From the human T2T-CHM13v2.0 reference genome, Homo sapiens: a stretch of DNA of 64,000 bases. Position numbers and translations under genes: made by a program. The notes below the pieces were generated by a model. The model was given only the letters and a program-made list of their open reading frames with translations, made no database searches and was not told the DNA's origin. The stretch lies in NCBI RefSeq assembly GCF_009914755.1, contig NC_060927.1. The stretch is one strand, 5' to 3'. The number at the start of each line of letters is the position of its first letter. Position 1 is the first letter of the stretch. Of the stretch, positions 32,371 through 45,269 are shown piece by piece.

Positions 32371-32635
32371 GCTCACACCGCTAATCCTAGCACTTTGGGA
32401 GGGTGAGGAAGAAGGATCCCTTGAGCCAAGGAGGTTGAGACCAGCCTGGCAATATAGTGAGACCCTATCTTTACAAAAACAAAAAAATTAGCTGGACGTG
32501 GTGGCATGCACCCATAGTCCCAGCTATTTGGGGGCTGAGGTGGGAGGATTGTTTGAGCCCAGGAGGTCAAGGCTGAAGTGAGCTGTGATTGCAGCACTGC
32601 ACTCCAGCCTGGGTGACAAAATGAGACCCTGTCTC

Positions 32636-32663
<28 letters not shown>
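32371..32663 (+). mobile_element. AluJ (Jo-like)
   Basis: tttgagcccaggaggtcaaggctg; TSD aaaattcatgat/aaaatcacgat. Confidence 0.92.
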
Positions 32664-32667
<4 letters not shown>

Positions 32668-34320
32668 CGATTGGCGAAAAAAATGCAATATAATTCAGTC
32701 ATCCAATTTAACGAACACATTTAGTTCATGTTATCAACCTCTCCAATTCTAGGATTTCTGACTTATTTTACATGTAAGAAAATAAACAATATAAATGTCA
32801 TTGCATTATTTATTTATTTTCAAAAATGATAAAAAAGCAGGAGTGAAAAGAGTAGACTTTGGAGGGTAAATAAAATAGTTGTTTACTATGTACACACATA
32901 CATATATTTGCATAGAAATACAGGAGGAATATGGACTTCTAGTATGAACCACTGGTTGACAGACCCCAGATTAAGAATTTTTATGTTTATGTACCTTTTT
33001 TAAGAGACAGAGTTCATAGGTTTTGTCAGATTTTGATAGTAATCAGTAATCTCAACAGCATTAAAATGATTTCTAAAGTTCTTTCTATATTTAAAATTGT
33101 GTAATTCACTTTACATCCTAATATATTCCTGTTGAAACATATTTGCTTTTCTCCAGAGAAACAGAAATATATCTTATTTTCTAAGAAAGAAAAAAAATGT
33201 GTGTCCCTTAATTTATGACTAAAATAACTAAAATCTGTGTTTATAACATTGTAACAAAAAATAATTTTTGGCATTTTTTCATAAGCATTTAAAAGCAGTC
33301 TTAAAGTAATATCTTGCTGGTAACGATTAAGGTGGAATGTTATTTGCCTATTTTTCATTTTACATGGACCATTAAAGCCAAATCTGAGAGTGATAAATGC
33401 TTAGGAGAAATGAAAAATACCTCAATCATGCTTATAGTAATAATTTAATTTTTAAAAATTTCCTATTATGAGTAATCAACTTAAAAGATAGATAAAAGTG
33501 AAACCTTGTTTTTTTTTTTGAGGGAAAACTAAAATGCATATTTCAAGAATTATACAAAACAGTATTTTAACCAGGTTTATTTCCATCATATCTACTATAA
33601 TGTACAGTGTATATTCGTTTTATGTGATCAGATGTTAACAGCACAAATAATCTTGGACTTTAGCAGCATAATACATTCTGCACAAAATACAATAAAAATC
33701 TTCTCTCTTTGTTATTATATGTGTAAAGCTAGGAAAGGATAGCGAATAGGATCTGAACTCTTATTCTAAGGCTCTGTAAGAGCAAAACAGAGAGACAGGA
33801 CCCGTTGAAAAAACCATGAAGCTGTTGATATTTTCTTTGTTTGTTTTTTACTCTTCAACTTGTTTGCTACATTTCCTTTCTTCCATGGCTAACCATCCTC
33901 TAGCTCTTTTCCCCTCTGTCCCTCCCACCACATAACCTTCTTATAATACTTCTGCATAAAATGAACCAACAAAATTGTTCACAGTAAATGTTTATAAAAT
34001 ATTTGTAATGGTAGAATTATACGCATAGGTAGGAGATACAGTTTTGTGTGATATCATCTGCTCTGTGTCCTTCAAAAATATTACTGGATGACAACTGTCA
34101 ATATTTAAAGTAATGAGTTCATACTATTCCACCCTCCTCTTTAGTTTTTCCTCATTTACGAGGTACCACCAGCAATTCCACAGACTGAGAATCTTTGTAG
34201 CTAAATGGATTCTTTTGACTTTGTTAATGATTTATTATCCTTGTCTGTTATATTGAATTTCAACAGCCATCTTTGTGAGATAGCCCATAGAGGAGGAATT
34301 TGTGGCAGGGATATTTCTTG

Positions 34321-34710
34321 TGTTCTTAGTTGGCTTGGGCTGCTAAAACAAAATACCATAGATTAGATGGTTTAAACAATAGATATTTATTTTCCACCAT
34401 TCTGGAAGCTGGGAAATTCAAGATTAAGGCATTAGCAAATGTAGATTTGGTGAGGGCTCTCTTCCTGGCTTGCAGATGGCCAACTTCTTGCATTTTTCTT
34501 ACATGGCCAGGAGAGAAAGCACTGGGCTTTCTTCTTCTTTTTTATAAAACATGAATCTCATTATGAGGGCCACAACCCCAAGACTATTTAAACCTAATTA
34601 TCACCAAAAGGTCTCAACCTTAAATACCATCACATTTAGTTTAGCCAGCTGAAACTGCTTAAAATTGCAAAATATGCATTTTGGGGGGAGACAAACATTC
34701 AGTCCATAAG
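34321..34710 (-). mobile_element. MaLR solo LTR (MLT1A-like)
   Basis: gggctgctaaaacaaaataccataga ... aaacattcagtccataa, about 390 bp. Confidence 0.85.
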
Positions 34711-37700
34711 TTGTGCTATTCAAAGAAGCTACTTAGACGCTTACCTTTTAGGTTTATTTTCATATATTTTACATCTATGTAGATATCTATGCACCAAACT
34801 TGAGATCTCAGTAATTCAGTACTGATGGTTAACAAACTTATGAAGCTGGCCAGTGTATCCTTAGGGATTAATTAAAGTGATCCTTCCGTTATCTTTAATT
34901 GAGGCCTTCTTTCATAAATCAGCATATGAAATAGATAGACATTACTTCAATCTCCATTCCATTCTCAATTCTCCCTATTTCAGGCATTCAGAAAAGGCTC
35001 TCACATCTCTGCCATACCCCCAAATCCAACAACAAAGAAAAACATCATTTTAAATATAACCACTTAGCTCCAGGAATTTCATTAACTTTTAACTTTGATT
35101 TTTAGGATTCATTTGAGTTTTATCCACTCAGTATTAAAAATACAGCTTCCTTAGGTTTAAGAGTTATAACTGTTAAGTGTCTATAGCTATCTTAAAGTAT
35201 TTGAAGACAGGTGATGTAGAATATGGATTAAAGAATTGTTAAATAGCATTGCAAGGGAGAAGCAGTAAGACCAATGGATAGCAGCTAGAAATCAAACGAC
35301 TTTATTTAGCTGAAAGTACGGAAGGGTTTTTGCATAGTTTAAAGATGATACGATTTTTCCCCATAAGAAAAATAGAAACTCACTATCATAAGATAGCAAA
35401 TTCCTTACAAACAATTATAGCCCAGCATAAGTGGAATAACTGGTTAGGGATGATATAGTGGAGACTCATGTAGTTAGAGATGGTGGCTTATTAGGGCACT
35501 TCCAAAACCAGAGTGTACTTAAATATTAGCTTTCTATGTATATATTTGGCAGAAAATGAACTTAACAAAGAAAACAGTGATATACATGGACCTCTAAAAT
35601 TTGGTTACATCGTGTCTGATTTTGAAATAGCTTTTCAATTAACTCTAAATATATAATGTGGTAAATGTATAGGCACAATCTATCAAGACCTTTGAAAACA
35701 AGCAAATTTCATAAAGTATTTTGAGAAAAATTTATATGATTAGACACAACGTTTAAACTGAGTGTGTAGTAAGTTATTGATTGTCAAATTGAGAACTCAG
35801 ATGAAAGATTTCTATATATTAGTTAATGCCATTTTTTTCTGAGCAATTTTTTTCTCTACCTCAATGAGTCTACTCAGTGGGATTTGGCCAACCTGTTGAA
35901 TCATTGTCTTCTGACAAAATGTATGGCCTAGCCAACTAGAACTACTTAAAACTGCGTGAGCAACTATGTTGCTATGAAGAATCCAAACCATTGCAAAAAC
36001 CTACATGTTTTGGATTTGGCTTTTAAAACTACCTTAATTTATAGGTTTTGCTTCCTGGGATTACATTTCTTATATTGCTCTGCACCTAATGTCTATGATT
36101 GTTGTTTAATCCATTTATGGAGATGAAATGATTCTAAATCCCTCTTGAATTTTTTTCTTGTTGGCAGTAAGCTCAATATCTGTTCTGCCGCTCTTTTCTA
36201 TTTGCCCCTGTACACTGCAGCAAGGATAGGTTAATTCTGGTTTCCTATAGACCCCACCCCTTCTGCTGTTCATTAAAGACATCATATTTGACATCTGACT
36301 TTTTTTCATACCTCAGAAGACATGTGAGATAAAAAAATCCTGTTAAATTGAAAAGGGGCCATGTGATTATTTGTCATTCAAAACAATAATAAAAAGAATG
36401 TGTATAGTGAAGAAGAGGACCCAATATGCCGACGCCATGCAGGCCTTTATTGGCCTTGAATACTTGTATAAAATTCTGTATTACTGTCTTTCTTCAATCT
36501 CAGTACGCATATTTAGCTAACGTTATTTTGTGTAGCCCTACAGAAGAAAAAATTTATAGCTTTTCCAGTACAGGACAAGCCAAAACAACATTGTATTTTT
36601 CAAGGTTATACAAGCTTAACTAGCCTTCCAGTGCAGAAGTAGAGCTTTCAAGGTATTTTTTTCGTACCTAAATATCTGTCGTTATATATTTAGTTTATTC
36701 ATCTTAGTTAATGTGGCATGGAGAATAAGTAAGATAAATCTACTTATTAAGGAACACCTTGACTACAGACCACAGACAGTTTTAATTGCAAAGATGAAGA
36801 AGAAGCCTAATTTTACTCCTTCTTAATTTTGCCAAAGCCAAATTTCCTAGTTTATCCCCTTCATTGTAGATTGGCACAATACTGTCTCCAAGTTAAAAGC
36901 AGAAAGAATTAGGTCCTTTATGTTCAATGACTTTGTCTTTAATATACATATTCTTAATTGTCTCTGATTATGGCCTCAAAACATACAGTTTTAAAATAAT
37001 TTTATGATTTTTTCCTACGGAGGTAAATGCCTCATTCATAATTTTGAAATGTAAATTAATTTTCTTTTCATATGATGTTTTGATTTCAATGTATTAGATT
37101 TTAATACATAGAAAAATATATTTTGTGTAAGTACTTGCTTCAAAAGAATTAAAAATCAACATTTATAACTTCAGGTGAATGAGATATTCATAATTTTTTT
37201 TGGCCTCACTACTCATCTCCTAAACTACAGTCCCATTTTTCTTACTCTTCTTTGTAGCAAAACCCCTTTAAATAATTGTTCTTATTTCTCCCCTCATATT
37301 TTATCTGAAGCCCATTTTCATCAAGCATTTGCTCCAACTATACCCAAAGCTTCTCTTATCAGCGTCACTAATTACCTTCATGTTCTCAAATTCATTAGTA
37401 AATTCTCAATCTTCTTCCTGCTTGATCTATGAGCAACACTTGACAGTATTGGTTACTTCATCCTCCCTGTATCCCTGGTCTTCGGGTACTGTGCTGTCTT
37501 GCTTTGCCCCTAATTTATTAGTCACTCCTTGTTAATCTCCTTTGCTGTTTTACCCTGTTATACCTGCTTTCTTAATATTGGAGTGCCCCGGGGCTCAACC
37601 CATGATCCTCTCTGGCTTCCATTCCTCCCTTGTGACCTATCAGCTCTATATCGATGATTCTCAACTCTCAGTTTCAGTCCTGGCCATTCTTGAAACCCTA

Positions 37701-38252
37701 GAGTCCTATGGCCAATTATGTACTCAACGTATCTACCTGGATATGATTAAACATCTCAAACTATGCTATACTCCTGATAGTCTCTCCCAAACCTATTCTG
37801 GCATTGCACATCTCAGTTGGAAGTAACTCATTTCCAGTTGCTCAGCCTAAAACAAAACAAAACAAAAAACTCAAGTAAAAACAAGCAAAAACAAAAACCA
37901 TAAAATTATACCCTTCTTTACATTTAGTCCCTTTGGAAATGCAATGTCTCTGTCTTCAGATACATCCAGATTTTGATTTATTTTTTTCACTTTCACTAAC
38001 GCCCTCTGGTCTTGATTGCCATCATTTCTTGTTTGCAATATCTGACTAGTCTTCTGATGGGTTACCTTACTTCTACCCTTGCATCTCTCAACACAGACTC
38101 AATGACCATCTTAGAACATGACTGAGGTGCTTCTACTTTAGGGCTTTAAACTAGCTCTTCCCTCCGCCTAGATTATCTTCTCATAGGTCTGCTTTTGGCT
38201 TTACTCCTTCACCTTCTTTAAGTCTTTTCTCAAATATTACTTCTTAATTAGA

Positions 38253-38718
38253 TATATTCGTTTCTTCAGGCTGCTGTAACACATTTCTACAAATTGAGGG
38301 CCTTAAAACAATAGATGCTTATTTTCTCATAATTCTGAAGGGCAGAAATCTGAAACCAAGGTATTGATTGGGTTAGATCCATATTGAGGCTCTGAGGAAG
38401 AATCTGTATCATGCCCCTTCTCTTAGATTCTGGTGGCTGATGGCAATCCTTGGAATTCCTTGGCTTGAAGCTGAAAAACTCTAATATCTGCCACTGTCTT
38501 CACATGACCTTCCTGTCTTTTTATCTGGGTCTTAACTCTCCTTCTGTTCTTCTCTTTTAAGGATACCTATTGCTGGATTCAGAACCCACACTAAATCCAA
38601 GATAATCTCATGTCAGATCCTTTATTACTTCTGTAAAGACCCTGTTTTCAAATAAGGTCAAAAATCATAGGCTCCAGGTGGACATATCCTTTGAGGAGCT
38701 GCCATTCAAACCATATCA
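38253..38718 (-). mobile_element. MaLR solo LTR (MLT1C-like)
   Basis: aggctgctgtaaca...ccttaaaacaa...aagaccctgttttcaaataaggtca, about 465 bp. Confidence 0.85.
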
Positions 38719-38817
38719 TTAAGCTTAGCATGGAACATATGATATTTCATTTATATTAACAGACTGTCTGTTTAGGATTGCAATCTCCCTTCTCCACTCT
38801 ACTTTTTACATTAATTC

Positions 38818-39110
38818 TACAATAAGTTACTCAAAATCTTTGGGATTTTGAACATTTTGTGTTTTAAAATTTTTCAGGTTTTAGGAAGATTATATGGTAC
38901 ACAAAACATATTACACAATAGCCTCAATAGGGCTTGGGGCATCATACCATAATCAAATTTACTCACGTTTCTGTGGTGAAACATGGCTATTTGCATTTGG
39001 GATAAATAAAATATGTAAGTAGGTTTATATTAGTTCAGGTCAGTGTTTGCTCCCAAACTGGTTGATAGAAAACTTAGAGGAAAATTTTCAAGACTTTATG
39101 TTTGTTGGTT
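38818..39110 (-). mobile_element. MER46C-like DNA element
   Basis: Similar to the recalled MER46C consensus (tgggataaataaa...agttcaggtcag...tttgct). Confidence 0.6.
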
Positions 39111-39924
39111 TATTATTTACTTGTTTATTATGCTTGTTTTTATTGTTTGTCTTTGTCTATCCAACTTGTACTCCATGCGGGCAGCATGTTTGAGTATTTA
39201 CCTGTTTTATTCCTGGATGTATCCCAAGCTCCTAGAATAGTCACTGGCATATAGTAGGTACTCAATAAATATTTGAGCATCTTCTTATGCTGCTCACCTC
39301 AGGAACATTCTCTAGAAATCTGGGTCGGATAAGTATGTGCAGAGAACAAGAGAGAAATGCAATTTCAAAGAGAGATATATGGAGAAATGCAGTTTAACAT
39401 ATCTTGTAGATCTACTGTTATGTTTTATTTCAGATGTTTCAGATTTGGGGAAAGGCCTTTGGTGAATGAATAATCAAATTATTTAATGATATGTAGTTAT
39501 CTAAAATGCTTTTACAGTGATAGATTTTAGGCATAAGAACAAGATTTGGTCCCTGTTTTGTATAGCTTTAATAGTTTTTGAGAATAAGTCAGAAAAGAAA
39601 CTTCTTTCTTGTATTTAAGGTGTTACAGAACATGTGATATTCCACTTACGTTAAGTAAGATATTTGAATTTTCCAGCCTTCTAATTTACCACTGATTTTC
39701 CTAATCAACCCACTTGTTCTCTTTGTATCTCTGTGGCAGTTCCTTTATAAAAATGCAAAACTATGTGAAGAACTTTAAAAATAGGTTTTAGTCACTAATT
39801 ATAGGGAGGTAAGAGGTTTTTATTTTTCTTTTTTGACTAATAATATGGCCATGAAACAATTAGAAAAGGACACAAAATAGTTAACTTGATATATTAGGGT
39901 TCTCTAGAGGAACGGAACTAATAT

Positions 39925-40411
39925 AATGTATATTGTGTATGTGTGTTGTGTGTGTGTGTGTATATATGTGTGTATATATACATATATACATATGTGTATG
40001 TATACATATGTGCATATACATATATGTGTATATACATATGTGCATACACACATATGTGCATACACACATATGTACATATGTGTATATATACATATGTGCT
40101 TATACACATATGTGTATATACACATACATATATGTGCATATGCATATATGTGCATATACACATATGTGCATATACACATATGTGTATATGTGTATCCGTG
40201 TATATACATGTGTATCTACACATATATGTGTATATGTGTATCTATGTGTATATACACACGTGTATATATACACACGTGTGTATATACATATGTGTATATA
40301 TACACGTGTGTATATGTGCATATGTGTATATATACATATGTGTATATGTGTATATGTGTATATATGTATATATATGTGTATATATATGTTTGTATATATA
40401 TGTATATATAT
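39925..40411. repeat. About 490-bp alternating purine-pyrimidine (TA/TG/CA) microsatellite inside the 3' LTR
   Basis: Seen directly; explains the stack of Y/I/C/V/H/T-rich spurious ORFs. Confidence 0.95.
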
Positions 40412-41120
40412 GGCAGATTATTAAGCATTAACTCACATGATCACAAGGTTTCGCAATAGCCCGTCTGTAGGCTAAGGAGCAAGGAAAGCCAGTCCGAGAT
40501 CCAAAACTGAAGAACTTGGAGTCCGATGTTCAAGGGCAGGAAGCATCCAGCATGGGGGAAAGATGTAGGCTTGGAGGCTAGACCAGTGTATCTTTTCACA
40601 TTTTCTTGCCTGCTTATATTCTAGCCATGCTAGCCACTGATTAGATTGTGCCTACCCAGATTAAGGGGGGGTCTGCCTTTCCCAGCCTACTGACTCAAAT
40701 GTTAATCTCCTTTGGCTACACCCTCACAGAAACACACCAGGAGCAATGCTTTGTATCGTTCAGTCCACTCAAGTTGGCACTCAGTATTAACCATCACAAG
40801 TCCACCGCTTGTCAACCTGAATCCATACACATCTCTTGAGATCATTCATAATCTTCATAATCTTCAAATAAAGACAATAAGAAGGTCATAATTACGCCTA
40901 ACATGACACAACTATCCTTCATACAAGCGGAAGTGCACTGATCCCCATCCCAAATACTATTACATAAAGCTAGCAATACTTAAATGCTGATGTGAAGTCA
41001 ATAAATCTTATGTCACATGATAATGGAGAAAGGAAATAAAATGAAGATATTTTCTTAGTACAAGTGTATACATGCACAAACATGTTTTTTAACAAAAGAA
41101 GGAGTGAATACTCATGACAA

Positions 41121-41735
41121 TTACAGCCCTCGTTTCTGCAGCTGGTCACGTGGTTGTAGCTGGTATTGATGACTACATTCTTCTACTACCCACTCTGTAT
41201 TCCCTTTGCCTTCAGCAAGCACCTCAGCAGGTTGTGGTTTTTCTCCTGGTAGGGTGATCCAAACCTTCATTCCTGAAGGGTCTGGGTCTTTTGTAGTCCT
41301 GTCTGGATTGGGCTGTTGTAATTTCCCATTGACCTTAAACATAGGGCATGGTAATACTAAGAGACCCCCTAATGGGCCTCCTGTATTCCATGCATACTCT
41401 TCCTTACCTCCACTGTGGAGTAGTAGGCTGATTTCATCTTGAGAGTCTGGGCCAATCACCCCAGCCAGTACTGTAACTCCCTTCTTAGCCTGTTGACTTA
41501 AGGGTAGGAGGAGCCCGAAGAGTCCAGGTGGCAATGTTAACTTCCAATTCAATGGAATCATCATTGTGTCTCCTGGTGGCGGCATTCCTCCCTCTGGAAC
41601 TAAGACCTCTAGGACAGCAGAATGTAATGTCATGGGAACAGGAAGCAGAAATGTTAGTGGATCACTAGGGGTAATGATGAGTGGTGCCACTTCCACTGCC
41701 ACTCCTTGATTCTTGAACCCATGAACCCTGGCCAT
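41121..41735 (-). pseudogene. HERV-L integrase C-terminal / dUTPase remnant (204-codon open frame)
   Basis: PPGDT..IPLNWKL.LPPG.FGLLLP...GVTVLAGVI is the ERV-L dUTPase signature. Motif 3 reads GVIGPDS instead of GVIDPDY. Confidence 0.85.
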
Positions 41736-42102
41736 GAAAGAAACAGTACCATATGTTGGACGCTGATTCAGAGCATATGTGACCTTCTGGAGAACTTTGT
41801 GTCCCAGCCCTGAAAAGTATTGTCACCTAGTTGGGATTGTAATTGTGACTTCAAAATGCCATTCCACCATTCTATCAATCCAGCTGCTTCAGGATGATGG
41901 GGAATGTGGTAGCACCAGTGAATTCCATGAGCATGAGCCCATTGTCACACTTCTTTAGCTGTAAAGGGGGTGCCTTGGTCAAAGGCAATGCTGTGTGGAA
42001 TACCATGATCGTGGATAAGACATTCTATGAGTCCACGGATGGTAGTCTTGGCAGAAGCATTGTGTGCAGGATAGGCAAATCCATATCTGGAATAAGTGTC
42101 TA

Positions 42103-43154
42103 GGAGCTGCAACGTTAAATGCAGAGTCCCTACTTAGTGGGCCTGAATCCATCAATTCAGCCTAATCCAACTCCGTATTTCTTCAACCATTATCCCACAC
42201 CCTTAATATACACTCTCATGCCTGTTCTCCAGATTTCTGTTTATATGAATTAGAAAACTCAAGCAGTTCTTTTCGAGTATAGCACACCTCCTCAGAGGTG
42301 ACACTCTCAACCTCATCTCTAGGGGCCCGCCAGGAATTTAGTATAGGTCTAGAGGTAAACAGGAGTGTTGGGGGTGGCTCCTGAGGAGAATCCACATTTT
42401 CTTGCCTGGAAACTGCCTCAGGGGAGGCCATCACTGTTGTCTCAGGCAGCACAGTGTTTATCTCCTCAGTCAAAAGTGGAAAGGCTGATGGCAGCATGAG
42501 TCAGGGAGGGGATGTTGCCTCTGCTGGGGATGGGGAAGTTGTTTCTTCTGGCAAAAAAGTTTCATCACAGTTTACAACCTCAGTGTCCCCATTGTCATTA
42601 GGGTCCTCACACATATCCCAATTGCAAGTTGTAGGGTCCCATTCTTTCCCAATCAATGCCCTCAGTAGACACCTGGTGAGGCTGTGCATGCACCTTTCAT
42701 TGCAGGTCGGCCACTCGCATGATAAGATCTTGTGTCTGTTTTTCCACAATTTCAGCTCTTTGTCTGTAGGAGATAAGACTCTCATTCAGGGCAATTTTAG
42801 CAGATTTGAGGCTCAGTATCTGCTTCTGAAGCCGGGAGAAGAATCGCTGAGTTCATCATTTTCTTTCATCACTTTGTCCACTGAGCTTAGGGGCAACCAA
42901 GCAGCTTCATTATGTTCCTTGGTTCTCCACATATGGTCAAAGGTATTATGTATAGAGTCACTAAACTCCTTGCCTCCCACGAATGATGAATCAAGAGTGT
43001 CAAATGCAATTATTTTGTGTAATTCTCTAAACAGTTTATGCCAAGGAGTATCAGTGTACTCCATACTATTAGAAGTAGAGTTCTTTGCATTTTGGGGTCT
43101 AATCATATTAAGCAGCCAACTCCAGAAACCCCAAAACTTACAAAAGAACTCCAT
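42103..43154 (-). pseudogene. HERV-L gag remnant (frameshifted, truncated)
   Basis: Fragments FWSWLLNMIRPQNAK, RALIGKEWDPTTCNWDMCED and YTRKELLEFSNSYKQKSGE in separate ORFs. Confidence 0.85.
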
Positions 43155-43350
43155 CCTTAATATTCTGTTCCTCTAGAAGCACCCCTGGTACCAAAATCTG
43201 TATTAGTCAGGGTTCTCTAGAGGGACAAAACTAATGGAATATATAATATAGTCTAGCAGTAACTAGCATAAAAATTAAGTATTAACTCACACAATCACAA
43301 GTTCCCACAATAGGCCATCTGCTGAGGAGCAAGGAGAGCCAGTCCGAGTT

Positions 43351-43645
43351 GTTTTTTTTTTTTTAGATGGAGTCTCCCACTGTTGCCCAGGCTGGAGTGC
43401 AGTGGCTCAATCTAGGCTCACTGCAAGCTCCGCCTCCTGGGTTCACGCCATTCTCCTGCCTCAGTCTCCTGAGTAGCTGGGACTACAGGCACCTGCCACC
43501 ACGCCCAGCTAATTTTTTGTATTTTTAGTAGAGATGGGGTTTCACCATGTTAGCCAGGATGGTCTTGATCTCCTGACCTCATGATCCACCCACCTTGGCC
43601 TCCCAAAGTCCTGGGATTACAGGCATGAGCCACTATGCCCCGCCT
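43351..43645 (-). mobile_element. AluY-like inserted in the HERV-L 5' LTR
   Basis: gcaagctccgcc and cacgccattctc diagnostics; TSD gtccgagtt/gtcggagtt. Confidence 0.93.
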
Positions 43646-44947
43646 GTCGGAGTTCTAAAACTGAAGAACTTGGAGTCCAGTGTTTGAGGGCAGGAAGCAT
43701 CCAGCACAGGAGAAAGATGTAGGCTGGGAGGCTAGGCCAGTCTCTCTTTTTATATTTTTTCTGCCTGCTTATGTTCTAGCCATGCTAGCAGCTGATTAGA
43801 TTGTGCCCACCCAGATTAAGGGTGGGTCTGCCTTTCCCAGCCCACTGACTCATATGTTAATCTCCTCTGGAAACACCCTCACAGACACACCCATGAACAA
43901 TACTTTGTATCCTTCAATCCAATCAAGTTGACACTCAGTATTAACCATCACACTTGCCATGAGGTGTCCTTATATATTTTAAATATTTGATAATGACCAA
44001 GGAAAGAAGAGTTAAGAATGATTCATTTTATCACCATTTTTACTGGAATAGCTATATTCTCCTGGTGCCAGACTCTGTTTTAATGATTTGAAATACAAAT
44101 ACACTTTTCAAAGCGATATTCATTTTTCTCCCATGCATCTATAAGCCTCTTTAAAAAGGGTGAATGCTATTAGGTGAAGTTGATAATAGCAAAAATGAGT
44201 GGTGGAAATTTAACCCTATATTTTAAATGTAAATCTTAATTGGGTTCCAGCTGACACTGAGCCATGTCTACCTACTTCTCCTTTTATATTATCATTTCAT
44301 TTCTATTGGGTCCTTTGGCCATGTCTTTAAAAAGTACTCCACTCACTCTCTTTTCCCTTCACAGTAAGCAAAGAAGTAAATCCTCCAATCAAATAAACAA
44401 CAGACAAACGTGGGTACATTTTTCAGCTGTATTTCTACTCTAATAATCAAGCTATAACTCTCTCTTCAATTAGTACCAAAACTCTGATGCTGTAGCTTAT
44501 ATAAGGAGCTTCCATCTTCTTGCCTGCCATCTGCCTAGCCTTCTACAGCCTGATTTCCTTTGCTATTATTTTGCTGCTGTCCTAGATGGCCACTCATTGA
44601 AGTCTAGAAGTTTGTTTTAGGCATCTTCCTTTTTGCCTGCTCTACAGCACTGAACACTAAAATTGTCTAATTAGTTAAATGTAATTTAGATGATCTTTGT
44701 TAACCTTATCATCAATGTCATTATCACTTAACTACATACTTGCTTGCTTCTTGAACATATATAATAATTGATATATAAAGAGATTATATGTTTATTAATC
44801 TCTTTATTAATGGTATTAATCAATTATATATGTTCTGTTTATTAGTAGGTCACCATATGCATTCTTCAAATTTATCCTTGTTATTCATTTTCTGAGTTTA
44901 ATTTAAAAGTGAATTATGACATACTCATCTATTAAGTATTTTCTGAC

Positions 44948-45238
44948 AGCCAGTCATGGTGGCTCACATCCATAAACCCAGCAATTTTGGAATCTGAGGT
45001 GGGAGGATTGCTTGAGCCCAGGAGTTCATGACCAGCCTGGGCAACATGGCAAGATCTCATCTCTACAAAAAACTTAAAAAAATTAGTCGGGCTTGGTGGT
45101 GCACACCTGTAGTTTCAGCTACTCAGTAGGCTAAAGCAGGAAGATCATTTGAGCCCAAGTGGTCAAGGCTGCAAGGAGCCATTTCACAATACTGTTCTCC
45201 AGCTTGGGCAACAGAGCGATACCCTGTCTCAAAAAAAT
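44948..45238 (+). mobile_element. AluJ
   Basis: Diverged dimer, ggattgcttgagcccaggagttc. Confidence 0.9.
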
Positions 45239-45269
45239 TATTTTTGCTTGAGCATCTTTTTTTTTTTTT

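Larger units (their letters stand above)
37200..39280 (+). mobile_element. L2 element (about 37200-38250 and 39130-39280) interrupted by MLT1 and MER46C
   Basis: Pyrimidine-rich L2 body; 3' end tggcatatagtaggtactcaataaatattt. Confidence 0.75.
39890..43952 (-). mobile_element. Internally deleted HERV-L provirus with MLT2A (A2-like) LTRs: 5' LTR 43199-43952, internal 40799-43198, 3' LTR 39890-40798
   Basis: Two direct LTRs, each ending ttaaccatcaca on +. TSD cttga/cttgc. PBS region gattttggtaccagg on - next to the 5' LTR. Gag, integrase and dUTPase remnants. Confidence 0.93.

Noticed and set aside
39881-40459. Stack of overlapping 70-177-aa ORFs
   Set aside because: Artefact of the stop-poor alternating purine-pyrimidine microsatellite.
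41121-41735. 204-aa ORF as a domesticated functional dUTPase
   Set aside because: The motif-3 catalytic Asp and the Tyr are replaced (GVIGPDS). An open frame of this length is unremarkable in HERV-L relics.
42454-43176. 240-aa plus-strand ORF, the longest in the window
   Set aside because: Antisense to decayed HERV-L gag, Ser/Leu-rich, non-ATG start and no recognisable domain.
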